From Macrostomum lignano (taxonomy: Eukaryota), in assembly GCA_002269645.1 (NCBI GenBank), contig NIVC01001839.1, forward strand, positions 1-64,000: 64,000 nt of DNA. The letters are read 5' to 3'. Numbering within the stretch: the stretch's first letter is position 1; each line of letters begins with the position of its first letter. The notes beneath the pieces are model-generated. The model searched no databases. It worked only from the letters and a program-made list of their open reading frames with translations, and was not told where the DNA came from. Position numbers and translations under genes: made by a program. Positions 12,017 through 24,241 of this stretch are shown here, one piece after another.

Positions 12017-12663
12017 CCATAGTCAGGAAGGTGTCCGTACGCCGGAATTTTCCGGCGTACATCAGCCCCCCCCCCAAAATGGCGTACAGTTTCGCGTACA
12101 CGCGGTCCGAAAAATGGCGTACAGAGTTCTTGGCGTACACAACACAGTTTTCGCATGCAAAAATCTGTCCAAAAATCGGCCTACAATATTTGCATGTGAT
12201 TGGCGTAAGAACAAACGTTTAAAAAACCTGCAAACAACCCAATTACTTTGACAAAGTATTGTATATCGTTCAATTTTAGTGAAATGGTAAATCTATTTTC
12301 ATCTTTAAAACGCTGAAATTACGTAAATTTTGAATCTAATTTATTGTTAACAAAACTTTACTAAAGTTTTGTGTAAGTCAGTTATTTATTTTAACTTATT
12401 AACTAATTCTGTACAATAATTACTTTAGTATTTTAGATTTCTTCACGTTACAACAGATGACATACAGGTAAGTTAAGATTTAAGTTGCAAATTTCGCGCA
12501 TTTGCAGTTTTTTTGGGTCCTCAATTTTGGCGTACGCTTTTTTGGGCTATTCAATTTTGGCGTACGTCAAAAAGCGCTTTTTTAGGGCTTTTCAATTTTG
12601 GCGTACACAACATTTTTTCTTAATTTTCATTCCGGCGTACACTGGACACCTTCCTGACTATGG
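12017..12663. mobile_element. 647-bp non-autonomous DNA transposon (MITE), ~32-35-bp TIR, 8-bp TSD
   Basis: TIR CCATAGTCAGGAAGGTGTCC(AGT)GTACGCCGGAAT at both ends. Perfect TSD ACTTCGGG at 12009-12016 and 12664-12671. No coding capacity. Confidence 0.92.
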
Positions 12664-14013
12664 ACTTCGGGTCCTTAAATTGGTTTATTGCTTTTGTCTC
12701 CTCTTCTTTATCCTCTTCCTTCCTCCTCTTCTCCTTCTCTTCTACTGATTGACTTCTGTGTTGCTCAATAGTTACTAGCCAGCTATAATATCCGTTTCGT
12801 TTCGCAATGCCGCAGACATTGTAATTATTCATAGGGCATCGTAAAATGAAACAGATTATAATGGCTCGATAGCTTCAGTTGCTAGGCCTAATGAGGGTAG
12901 ACACAATGTTAAAGCACGTGAGTCGTGACATTTCCGTGGAAATAAAGTCAGAAGTACAAACCAACTGTGTGACTCAATTTAAGACCTCCGAAACACTGCA
13001 CTCTTCTGTTGTAAAGTATACATTTTCAAAGCCTTCTTGCTTATTTAACATACATAGGCATCGTAAGACGAAATAGATACAATTTTGGGCATCATAAGAC
13101 AAAATAATGCCGGTTTGTTAAATTTGTGACACTTAACAATCTGAAATACTTTTCCATAATATTTACTATCATGCAATTTTACAAAAAAATAATTTAAAGC
13201 AGGAAACTGCATTTATGCCCCTAGCTTATATATAAATATATGCTGTCTCTGTACCCTGTAACATTAATGTTAATAGTAACATTAACATTGCCTATCATCT
13301 AACTGAAAGGGCAATTAAAAAGCAAACGTACTAGATTTTTTATATTTAAAAAGTTTAACTAAACTCTAAAGTTAGAATTTGTTCACAGTTGTCTTACATT
13401 TGTATTTGACATTGGCACATGCCACATTGTCATTGCATTGCTTAGTGGCTTAGGCTCCGAAACTAACTTAACAATCTACCATGTTAATAAATAACCAAAT
13501 TAACTCTTAAATATAGGCTGGCAAACTACTAAATAATTTGTCCGACAAGACAGCAAGGAATTAGGTAGACAGAGAGCCGAGGCAGCAAGTAAGCAAATTA
13601 TCTGTTAATTAGTCGTCTCCACCTCTATTCTTTCGTAGAAAGAATTTTAACATCTTAAATCCGTGAAATCCAGTTTAAAAAAAAGTACATTTAAATTAAA
13701 CTCGTTTTACGCTCGCTTCAATTTAATATAAAAAGCTTATCGTATCCTTTTGTTTTAAATATTACATTTTTTAACTTGCTAGCACTGTGTATTTTTTTGT
13801 TTAAATTGATTAAGTTTTACTTTAGTTATGAGCCGTTAGAAATGTAAAACTAAATTAAAAAATGATTAGAATCATTAAAGTGAATACAAATCTCGTTTCT
13901 ACATGTAGGTATAATTTTTATATTATTTTACTAATTCGCGAGTTATAATCTTGTAGCTGAATCATTCATGTGTATTTCCTACATGCTATAGTACATGTGC
14001 ATGTAAAAGCTGA

Positions 14014-14090
14014 TCGTTAAAGTTAAATCGTTACCGTTATCGTTAAATCGTTAAATCGTTAAATCGTTAAATCGTTATCGTTAAATCGTA
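14014..14090. repeat. (ATCGTTAA)n short tandem repeat at the 5' junction of a LINE
   Basis: Direct reading. Confidence 0.85.
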
Positions 14091-14099
14091 TGTAAAGTT

Positions 14100-16500
14100 T
14101 ATCGCCCTTCTTGACCAGCTGGCCTCTCGGGACCTCATCGTTGTCACCAGCGACTTCAATGCTCCCCTAGCTCCCGGCCAGTTGACGGCCGACTGGTGAA
14201 AAATCGTTGCAGCTAAGCTAATGCCAACACAAGTTTCCTCTGTGACTTCATTCATTCTCGCGACCTGATGGTGGCAAATGGCTGCCTTCGCCAATGCCTC
14301 AGTGTTCTACCAACTTTCCATGGCCCAAACGGCAACACCCGCCTCGCGGATTCTCTGCCCAATGTCGCAGAGAGCTCGTGTCTCCGGGCCATTCGTAACA
14401 TCACCCTGAAATGCATCCCATCTGATCACACTCCGATCTCCTGTGCTGCAGACTGGACCTTCACTGGCACCGCTTCAGGAAGCCGACCAGTCCCCTGCCC
14501 TACTGGGGTGCACTCAACAACTGAAATCAGATCGAACTTCCTGCGACAACTCAAAGACTCGGGGCTCCGCCTTGACAGCAGCTACGACATCTTTTCCGCA
14601 GCAGTCGCTTCTGCAGCAGCAGTGCTCCCCAGGAGACAACCGCGGTAATCGGGTGCATACTGGGACTCTCACCCGATGTCATCAGAGCCCGGCAAGACTG
14701 CAAGCCGCAGTTGCCCGACATGGCACTGCCAGCATTGCTGCCTCCACCGCGCGGCTGAGGCACTGCAAGCTGCCCACATCCAAGCTGCTGAGCTGTCCAC
14801 CCAAGAAGCTGTGACGGAGATCAAGGCTGCCACTGACAACTGCCGCCATGCTGTGGCCTGGCGCACCATCAAGAGGACGGCGAGCCACGCCGAATGCTAT
14901 CATTGCAACGCTGACTCTATCAAGCACCGCCTACAGCTGATTGCGGGCCACTTCCATTTTGTGCTCAATGTCCCAGATCCCAGCGCTACTCTTCGCCCGC
15001 TCGCTGACTCTCCACCTGCCTGCCCATCCGACTTCAATTAATATTGCGCTCCGATCTCCATAGATGAAGTTTCCAAGACCCTAAGATCCATGCGGGCTGA
15101 TGCAGCAGCGGGAACCGATGACATCCCACCGCGTGTCCTGAAGACGCCCGAGCTGCTGCCTGTCATCACTGGAATCCTCAACCGCTCCTGCTGCCTGGGC
15201 GGGAACTCAACTGCTAGTGCCCCAGAGCGATGGAGAACTTCTAAGATTGTGGCCATCCCCAAGAAGAGCAACTCTAGCGGCCTCGACAACTTGCGTGGCA
15301 AAGCCCAAGAGTGCACTCTGGCCAAAATCCTCAACACCATCCTTCGAAATTGCATTCAACCCATCATCAACCAGAGGCTTCTCAACATCCAGAGTGGCTT
15401 TCGACCTGGACGGTCAACAGCAGAACAAGTCGCTGCGATCCGGTGCCTGACGGACACCTGACGGACTGACACCTGCGAGACTCGCCAAAAGGCGGTGTCA
15501 ATTGTTTTTGTAGATTTCTTCAAAGCTTTTGACTCCGTCAGCCGGGCGGCCATTGCCTGGCTCCTCCAGCAGCATGGAGTTCCTCAGCTGCTGGTACAGG
15601 CGATCATGGACCTCTACAACTCGTCCAAGGCTTTTGTCCAGATTGAACACGGCCCTACATCTGAATTTGCCACCCACCTCCGGGGTCCTGCAAGGTGACA
15701 CCCTATCACCGTTTCTATTCGTTCTCCTGATCGACTACGTCATGCGGCTGGCTCTGCGCGATGCAGACGGCTATAAAGTGGGACCTCGCCGCAGCTCCCA
15801 CTTTCCCTGTGTCCAGCTGACCTGCCTCGCCGCAGCTCCCGCTTTCCCTGTGTCCAGCTGACCTGCCTCGCCTAAGCCGACGACTTGGCGCTGACCTGCT
15901 GCAGTCCCGAAGCTGCGCAGAGGGCGGTGAGTCGGCTGGCTGACTTGGGGAAGCGCGTGGGGCTCCACATCAACTACGGCAAGACAGAGGTGCTGCATGT
16001 TGGCATTGCCAACTCGATCTCCGCCGCTACTTCTACCGGACGGCAACACCATCGCCCCGTGCAACCAGTTCAAGTATCTGGGCGTCCTGGTCCCTGACCC
16101 GGATGCCATTGTCAACAACCGCAAGCAGCTGGCGTGGCGGGCCTCCCACCTTCTCCGCTCCATCTCTAACTGCCGAATCGCCACCGACTGCCTGAAGGTG
16201 GCTCTATTCCGCTCGGCAGTTGAGACGGTGCTGACCTACGGGCTGGAAGCCGTCCCCATGACTGCCACTGGTGAGGCGAGCTTGGAGGCCTGGCATCGTC
16301 ACCAGCTCCTGTGCAATGCCCTGGGCATCCGGTTCCCCGAGCGCGTGAGCAATGCCGAGCTGGCGGCCTGGACCCATGTGCCGCCCCTGGGTCGCACTTT
16401 GCAGAGGCGACGCCAGATGTTGATCGGCCACTGCCTGCGGGCCGACACACGGGGCACCGGGCCGCCGCTCGCTGACCTGCTGCTCAGCCCGCCTTGTGGG
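14100..16500 (+). mobile_element. Decayed non-LTR retrotransposon, family A (APE endonuclease + RT; RTE-like), 5' and 3' truncated
   Basis: APE-like IVVTSDFNA and FHGPNG. RT motifs AAGTDDIPPRVLK, WRTSKIVAIPKK, QSGFRPGRST, FVDFFKAFDSV, GVLQGDTLSPFLF, ADD and VLTYGLEAVP. Multiple frameshifts and stops, plus a ~41-bp internal tandem duplication near 15785-15870. Confidence 0.93.
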
Positions 16501-16964
16501 AGACTTCTGTACCGTTCTGTACCGAATGACCCTTGTACTGAAGTTGCACTAAAGCGTCCTCTACTAATTACACGAATACACCTGCTATTACTTGTTTGCA
16601 TGCCTGTAAGGCACTTCAGCGTAGATTCTGGCGTCCATATCGACGGCACACTGGCAGTCGGGTGTACATACATGAACTCAAGCATGTAAGTAAATGTACA
16701 TATACATGTAAGAAGACATATAGGTCGTAAGCATAGCTCTGGAATGCAGGCACATATAGCAGTCACATACTGATGGTAATGTACTTAAAGAAAAATCACA
16801 GTGACCTTACCTGTACAGTACATGTAAAATGTAAGCATGCATATAACTAATTGAGTTCTTCGTCGGATATGCATGGTCACATTAAAAATCGAGCATGTAT
16901 AATGTGACCAGATGACATACTACAGAGAAAACAATATGACAAATGGGTGCTCATATCGACTAGC

Positions 16965-17697
16965 AGGTGCAGACACTATCCTCTACAGGTGACACTATCC
17001 TGTCTATCAGGTGACACTATCCTGTCTAACAGGTGACACTATATCCTGTCTAACAGGTGACACTACCCTGTCTAACAGGTAAGTAACACTATCCTGTCTA
17101 ACAGATGACACTATCCTGTCTAACAGGTGACACTATCCTGTCTAACAGGTGACACTGTCCTGTCTAACAGATGACACTATCCTGTCTAACAGATGACACT
17201 ATCCTGTCTATTAGGTGACACTATCCTGTCTAACAGGTGACACTCCTGTCTAACAGGTGACACTCTTGTCTAACAGATGACACTATCCTGTCTAACAGGT
17301 GACACTCCTGTCTAACAGATGACACTATCCTGTCTAACAGATGATACTATCCCGTCTAACAGGTGACACCATCCTGTCTAACAGGTGACACTCCTGTCTA
17401 ACAGGTGACACTATCCTGTCTAACAGGTGACACTCCTGTCTAACAGGTGACACTCCTATCTAACAGGTGACACTCCTGTCTAACAGGTGACACTCCTGTC
17501 TAACAGGTGACACTCCTATCTAACAGGTGACACTCCTGTCTAACAGGTGACACTCCTGTCTAACATCTAACAGGTGACACTCCTATCTAACAGGTGACTC
17601 TATCCTGTCTAACAGGTGACACTCCTATCTAACAGGTGACTCTATCCTGTCTAACAGGTGACACTCCTGTCTAACAGGTGACACTATCCTGTCTAAT
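16965..17697. repeat. 22/20-bp minisatellite (GACACTATCCTGTCTAACAGGT)n
   Basis: About 34 copies; the 20-bp variant GACACTCCT(G/A)TCTAACAGGT dominates the 3' half. Confidence 0.97.
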
Positions 17698-18574
17698 CAG
17701 TGTGGCACACTTTCTAATTTGCAAGTTTATAGTTAAAAAAATTAACTAAAACATGTTGACTTCAGCTTCACCAGAAAGCTCTATTTTGGGCCGGATATTT
17801 GCTTTAATATGCGCATATACCTTTACTAGCAGTAGAAATAAATGCTTTTATATTTTCACATTCTATGTAATATAGGCACTAATAAGATAATAATATTATG
17901 TAAATCAGACTTATAATTAAATCTGCTTTTATTGCATCGTGCAAAAATATTTGCGACTGTGTTTGTTGAAACAGTACCACGTATAAATATGCAGTATATA
18001 AATCCAACACATCGATATATAAGCAGTAATTATCAGGATAATTGGATCTACTCGTGCCATCATAGTGAGGAAGGCCATCCATATGTAAAGCGTTATTCCA
18101 CAGTTCAAGGCTTCTAACTAATTATATTAGTAAGCAGAGATATAACAAAAATAGATACAGACATATTTTGGGATGGTTATAGCCTACGCTTCGTGAGAGC
18201 TAACAAGATTTTGACAATAATTTGGGTTTTTTATAGAAATTTAGCATTAATTATAACAAAAACTAGAAATGAATTTATTTATGCGTACGATGCGCCGATA
18301 TGTTGTATTAATAACGGTATTGGATAGTAAAAAATAGAGGAGCAGGTGTCTCAGATTGGCTAAAATTTATGGGACAATAATGAAAAGCACGTTAATTAAC
18401 TTCAATCAAAGACGTTTTTATTATTTTTACAACGCTATCCTGAGCATAATTTTTTGTCTCCTCACCTCAGGGGTGGCGGGCCGGCTGCTGCTATTATTTT
18501 TTAAGTTAATTAGTTAATTTACTCGTAGGCGCTGTGACTGTGACCAGCTGTAGCAGAGGTTCATTGATTCTGTG

Positions 18575-19275
18575 TGCTTAAACAGGATACTCACCTGTTA
18601 TAGTGGACACTCACCTGTTATGCTGGACACTCACCTGTTGGACTGGGACACTCACTTGTTATGCTGGACACTCACCTGTTATGCTGGACACTCACCTGTT
18701 ATGCTGGACACTCACCTGTTATACTGGACACTCACCTGTTATACTGGACACTCACCTGTTATGCTGGACACTCACCTGTTATGCTGGACACTCACCTGTT
18801 ATGCTGGACACTCACCTGTTAGACTGGGACACTCACTTGTTATGCTGGACACTCACCTGTTATGCTGGACACTCACCTGTTATGCTGGACACTCACCTGT
18901 TATACTGGACACTCACCTGTTAGACTGGACACTCACCTGTTATACTGGACACTCACCTGTTAGACTGGACACTCACCTGTTATACTGGACACTCACCTGT
19001 TATACTGGACACTCACCTGTTATACTGGACACTCACCTGTTAGACTGGACACTCACCTGTTATACTGGACACTCACCTGTTATACTGGACACTCACCTGT
19101 TAGACTGGACACTCACCTGTTATACTGGACACTCACCTGTTAGACTGGACACTCACCTGTTATACTGGACACTCACCTGTTATACTGGACACTCACCTGT
19201 TATACTGGACACTCGCCTGTTAGACCAGACACCTACTTTTTAGATTGCACACTCACGTGTTGGACTGGACACTCA
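18575..19275. repeat. 20-bp minisatellite (GGACACTCACCTGTTAT(G/A)CT)n
   Basis: About 35 copies read directly. Confidence 0.97.
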
Positions 19276-19808
19276 CCTGTTAGATAAGAGTCTCACCTGT
19301 TAGATAAGAGTCTCACCTGTTGGATAAGAGTTTCACCTGTTAAATAAGAGTCTCACCTGTTAGATAAGAGTCTCACCTGTTAGATAAGAGTCTCACCTGT
19401 TAATTAGAGTCTCACCTGTTAGATAAGAGTCTCACCTGTTAGATAAGAGTCTCACCTGTTAATTAGAGTCTCATTTGTTAGAAAACAGTCTTACCTGTTA
19501 GATAAGAGACTCACCTGTTTGTTAAGAGTCTCACCTGTTAGATAAGAGTCTCACCTGATAGATAAGAGTCTCACCTGTTAGATAAGAGTCTCATCTGTTA
19601 GATAAGAGTCTCACCTGTTAGATAAGAGTCTCACCTGTTAGATAAGAGTCTCACCTGTTAGATAAGAGTCTCACCTGTTAGATAAGAGTCTCACCTATTA
19701 ATTAGAGTCTCACCTATTAATTAGAGTCTCACCTGTTAGATAAGAGTCTCACCTGTTAATTAGAGTCTCATCCGTTAGAAAACAGTCTTACCTGTTAGAT
19801 AAGAGACT
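19276..19808. repeat. 20-bp minisatellite (GAGTCTCACCTGTTAGATAA)n
   Basis: About 26 copies, abutting the previous array. Confidence 0.97.
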
Positions 19809-19881
19809 CGCTAACTATTTTGGGAAGCTAAAATGTAAGCGTCTAGTTTGACCTGATAAGTGACGTCATGGTCTTGTGTAG

Positions 19882-20071
19882 AGTCCAGGTAAGGTACACC
19901 GGTTGAGGAAAGTCAGGAAAACGAAAGCAAAAGCGAGCATTCGCATTTTATTTTGAATAGTACGAAATTACAATTAATTAATCAATCTTCGCGCGACATG
20001 TTTCGCCGAACAATCGGCATCTTCAGGCAAGGCAATAATAATGCGAATGTTCGCTTTTGCTTTCGTTTTCC
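19882..20071 (-). mobile_element. 190-bp hairpin element with 12-bp flanking direct repeat (putative TSD)
   Basis: GGTCTTGTGTAG at 19870-19881 and 20072-20083. Inverted arms 19916-19947 and 20040-20071 match at 31/32. Confidence 0.6.
19987..20032 (-). ncRNA. Minimal type I hammerhead ribozyme motif
   Basis: Minus strand reads CUGAAGA-U-GCCGA(UUGU)UCGGC-GAAA-CAUGUC. It has the catalytic core, a 5-bp stem II and a palindromic mini stem III (ACAUGU) with a GUC cleavage triplet. Stem I is weak (~3 bp). Confidence 0.65.
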
Positions 20072-20374
20072 GGTCTTGTGTAGCATTTCTTCCATTGACT
20101 AAATCGCGTGCATTGAAAGCTTTTCTTTTTTAGACTTCTCACCTCAAAATATTGACGAAAAAAGTGACAAATTTGTCTCGTTAAGACGCAAAGAGCGGTT
20201 GCCTGAGTACTTAGATCTTTCCTAAATACTAATTCGATGACTTGAAAAAAGGGTAAAGGAAGGGTATTTTCTCTTGAGCTGACATCTGTCACTAAAATCC
20301 GAAGCTTAAGAAGTCAAATACTCGTAGACTTTGAAATTGTATGAATATATGAATGGTCTGCAAGTCTTTATCAA

Positions 20375-21340
20375 GTTTTTGTGCTATCTTTTGATGCTTA
20401 TTAGATGCTTTCTAGATGCTTGTTAGTTGCTTTTTAGATGCTTTTTAGATGCCTTCTAGATGCTTTCTAGATGCTTGTTAGATGCTTGTTATATGCTTTC
20501 TAGATGCTATTTTAGATGCTTTTTAGATGCTTTTAGATGCTTTCTAGATGCTTTCTACATGCTTGTTAGATGCTTTCTAGATGCTTTCTAGATGCTTTCT
20601 AGATGCTTTTTAGATGCTTTTCAGATGCTTTTCAGATGCTTTCTAGATGCTTTCTAGATGCTTGTTAGATGCTTTCTAGATGCTATTTTAGATGCTTTCT
20701 AGATGCTTTCTACATGCTTGTTAGATGCTTTCTAGATGCTATTTTAGATGCTTTTTAGATGCTTTTAGATGCTTTCTACATGCTTGTTAGATGCTTTCTA
20801 GATGCTTTCTAGATGCTTTCTAGATGCTTTCTAGATGCTTTTTAGATGCTTTTCAGATGCTTTTCAGATGCTTTCTAGATGCTTGTTAGATGCTTGTTAT
20901 ATGCTTTCTAGATGCTATTTTAGATGCTTTTTAGATGCTTTTAGATGCTTTCTAGATGCTTTCTACATGCTTGTTAGATGCTTTCTAGATGCTTTCTAGA
21001 TGCTTTCTAGATGCTTGTTAGATGCTTTCTAGATGCTATTTTAGATGCTTTCTAGATGCTTTCTACATGCTTGTTAGATGCTTTCTAGATGCTATTTTAG
21101 ATGCTTTTTAGATGCTTTTAGATGCTTTCTAGATGCTTTCTACATGCTTGTTAGATGCTTTCTAGATGCTTTCTAGATGCTTTCTAGATGCTTGTTAGAT
21201 GCTTTCTAGATGCTTTCTAGATGCTTTCTAGATGCTTGTTAGATGCTTTCTAGATGCTATTTTAGATGCTTTTTAGATGCTTTTAGATGCTTTCTACATG
21301 CTTGTTAGATGCTTTCTAGATGCTTTCTAGAAACTTTTTA
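20375..21340. repeat. 11-bp minisatellite (TAGATGCTTTC)n upstream of the GPCR
   Basis: About 85 copies with variant units. Confidence 0.97.
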
Positions 21341-21708
21341 GATGATTTCGATATAAAATCTATACGCTTTATAGTGCATACTTGATTTCTAGATGATTTT
21401 TTATGCGATCTAGATGCTTTTTCTATTTGGTTCTACGAAGCTTTCTAGATGCGATCTTGATGCTTTCCAGATGCTTTCTAGATGCCACGTATTTTACCTC
21501 CATAAACTGACTGTGGCTGCCACCATAGAGCTAGCAGAAAAGCTATCACAAATGAGATGTAAGAATCTGACCATTAGAAATGCAAGAAGAGATCGCAGGG
21601 ACCAGTCAGAGTCGGCCAACAGCAACCGCACCAGCCGATTGGCCAAGCGCCTGGCAACCAAACAGAAAGCATATAATATAAATTTCTGCTTTTGAGCTGC
21701 CAATTTTT

Positions 21709-22359
21709 ATGCTTCGAAGTATTTCTCCCAGTCCACTCCATCTAAACTGTAGTCGACTCCGCAATATGATAGAATCAAAGCTTGAGCACTCGATTCACTG
21801 CTCTCTAGTCAGCAGCAGCAGCAATGACAGCAGTCTGGAAGCCTGCCCTAGCAACGCGAACTATACTTCAAACAGCACAAGCACTCCGCCAGATCAAGCA
21901 TTCGCCTTCATATCTGGCTTGCTAATACTAATCTGCCTAATAGTTGGAGTCTGCGGCAACCTGTGGATTGTTGCTACAGTTCTTGTCAGGCGGGAGATGC
22001 GAACCAACTTGATTAATCTGTTTATCACCAGTCTGTGCTTGAACGACCTGTTGAATCTGATGCTTAATCAAACCATGGTTGCCGTCTCCTACCTGGTGCA
22101 CGGCTGGATTCTGGGCCAGGTGCTGTGCGACTTCATGCCCGAGTTCAACATGGTGCTGGTCTGCGTGTCGCTCTGGCATCACGCGCTGATTGCGCTGCAC
22201 CGGTATATTGTGGTTGTACACAATAACGCTTATATTGCTATGCATAAAGGACTTTATTCAGCTGTGATGTTGCTGGGTACCCGACTGTTTGCCGCCCTGC
22301 TGAGCCTGTCTTATCCGCTGCTGAACAGAGGCCAGTGGGACAATATGACTGTCTATCAG
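21709..22359 (+). CDS. Class A GPCR exon 1 (N-terminus with N-glycosylation sequons, TM1-TM4)
   Basis: GVCGNLWIV (TM1 GN), LCLNDLL (TM2), WILGQVLC (ECL1-Cys3.25) and ALHRY (TM3). Phase-0 donor CAG|GTGAGG at 22360. The start may be the ATG at 21709 or 21766. Confidence 0.93.
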
Positions 22360-22371
22360 GTGAGGCTTTGG

Positions 22372-22960
22372 GATTTCCTAACTGGGATTTCCCTCTGTAT
22401 TGTCCTGTGTTAGCTGGATTGGGATTTCCCTGTGTATTGTCCTGTGTTTAGCTAGACTGGGATTTCCCTGTGTATTGTCCTGTGTTTAGCTGAACTGGGA
22501 TTTCCCCATGCATTGTGCTGTGTTAGCTAGTTTGGAATTTCCCTGTGTATTGTCCTGTGTTTAGCTGGACTGGGATTTCCCTGTGTATTGTACTTTGTTT
22601 AGCTGAACTGGGATTTCCCCATGCATTGTACTGTGTTAGCTAGTTTGAAATTTCCCTGTGTATTGCACTGTGTTAGCTGGATTGGGATTTCCCTGTGTAT
22701 TGTCCTGTGTTTAGCTGAACTGGGATTTCCCTGTGTATTGCACTGTGTTAGCTGGATTGGGATTTCCCTGTGTATTGTCCTGTGTTTAGCTAGACTGGGA
22801 TTTCCCTGTGTATTGTCCTGTGTTTAGCTGAACTGGGATTTCCCCATGCATTGTGCTGTGTTAGCTAGTTTGGAATTTGCCTGTGTATTGTATTGTGTTT
22901 AGCTGAATTGGGATTTCCCTCTGTATTGTACTGTGTTAGCTGGATTGGGATTTCCCGAAA
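22372..22960. repeat. 37-38-bp minisatellite with GGGATTTCCC core in GPCR intron 1
   Basis: Core recurs at 22384, 22421, 22459 and onward. Confidence 0.93.
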
Positions 22961-23339
22961 AAATTTTATTGCTTGGCTAGATGCGGATTCCCCTAAAAAT
23001 AGAATTAAGCCTACGGGATGGGATTCCCTATGTCGTATTGTTTGGCTTAGGATATGGATTTCCCTTTAGATTTTACTACTTGGCTGGATTGGTATTCCCC
23101 TTAAAGAAATAGGGTTCACCTTAAGGTATGGGATTCCCCTATTTTGAACAGTTTGGCTGGATCAGGCTTTCCCCTATTTTAGACAGTTTGCTTGGATTCA
23201 GATTCACCGTGTTCGACAGCGTGTTTGGACTGTTTAGAATGAAAATCCCGATTAAGCATTGGATTCTCTTTTTAGAAATGGATTCATCGAGAAACATGAG
23301 ATCCTCCTTAAAAATGGGACTCCCTGTTTAGGTCATTGG

Positions 23340-23660
23340 ATTCATATTAGGACATGGGATTCCCCATTTAGGTCACGGGATTCCTATTAAGGAATGGGAT
23401 TCCCCATTTAAGTGATGGGATTCATATTAAGGCATGGGATTCCTAATATGGGATTCCCAATTTAGGACATGGGATTCCCCTCAAGGCATGGAATTCCCTC
23501 AAGGCATGGGATTCCCCTTTAAGGCATGGGATTCCCCTTTAAGGCATGGGATTCCCTCAAGGCATGGAATTGCCTCAAGGCATGGGATTACCCTCAAGGC
23601 ATGAGATTCCCCCCAAGGCATGGGATTCCCCATTTAGGTCATGGGATTCCCCTCTACAAA
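23340..23660. repeat. 18-20-bp minisatellite (GGCATGGGATTCCCCTTTAA)n in GPCR intron 1
   Basis: Direct reading. Confidence 0.9.
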
Positions 23661-23693
23661 GTTCTGGACTAAGTCAACCGTACAACACTGCAG

Positions 23694-24241
23694 GCAAAAA
23701 TGCTCCGCTGCATTTACGAGCACACGCAGCGCCGCAGAATCCTGGGAATTGTGCTGCTCACCCAGTTCCTGCCCTGCGTCATCATCATCGTCTGCTTCAT
23801 CCTGATCTTCATGTTCGTCCACAGCACGGGCCGCAGGTCCTCGGCCGCCGATCGGCTGCTATTGAAACGCGAAATCAAAATCACAAAAATGTTCGGAGCC
23901 GTGTTTGTCATGTTCCTAGTGGGATTTATTCCCTACGGAGTTTTGCGAATGTTCGATTCGGACAATCAGCGCGATCCAAACGCTTACGTTGTTGTTACGG
24001 TGCTCTACGCCATGGCCTCCTGCGCCAATCCCGTCATCTTTGGGGCCATGAATAGAGAAATTCGACTGGCCTGCTTGCAGCTGCTGCCGGGCCGGTGCGC
24101 CAGCGGCAGGGGAACCGGGGCTCGCAGCAACGGCAGGAGCAGGGGAAGAGGCATCACCGTGAGCATCAGTATGCGGCAGAGGACGCAGACTAGGAGGACT
24201 TCGAAGGAAAAAGATCTGGACGACGATAAATTGTCAAAGGG
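23694..24241 (+). CDS. Class A GPCR exon 2 (ECL2 Cys, TM5-TM7, helix 8)
   Basis: Phase-0 acceptor CTGCAG|GCA. Translation LRCIY, FLPCVIIIVCF (TM5), KREIKITKMFGAVFVMFLVGFIPY (TM6), SCANPVIFGAMNREIR (TM7/H8). Phase-2 donor GG|GTTTGT. Overall resemblance to Tre1/Moody/GPR84/melatonin-type receptors is by motif recall only. Confidence 0.92.

Noticed and set aside
17879-18117. Hydrophobic short frames in the spacer between the CAGGTG arrays (one faintly TM7-like)
   Set aside because: AT-rich, under 70 aa, bounded by stops, no convincing splice sites or family motif.
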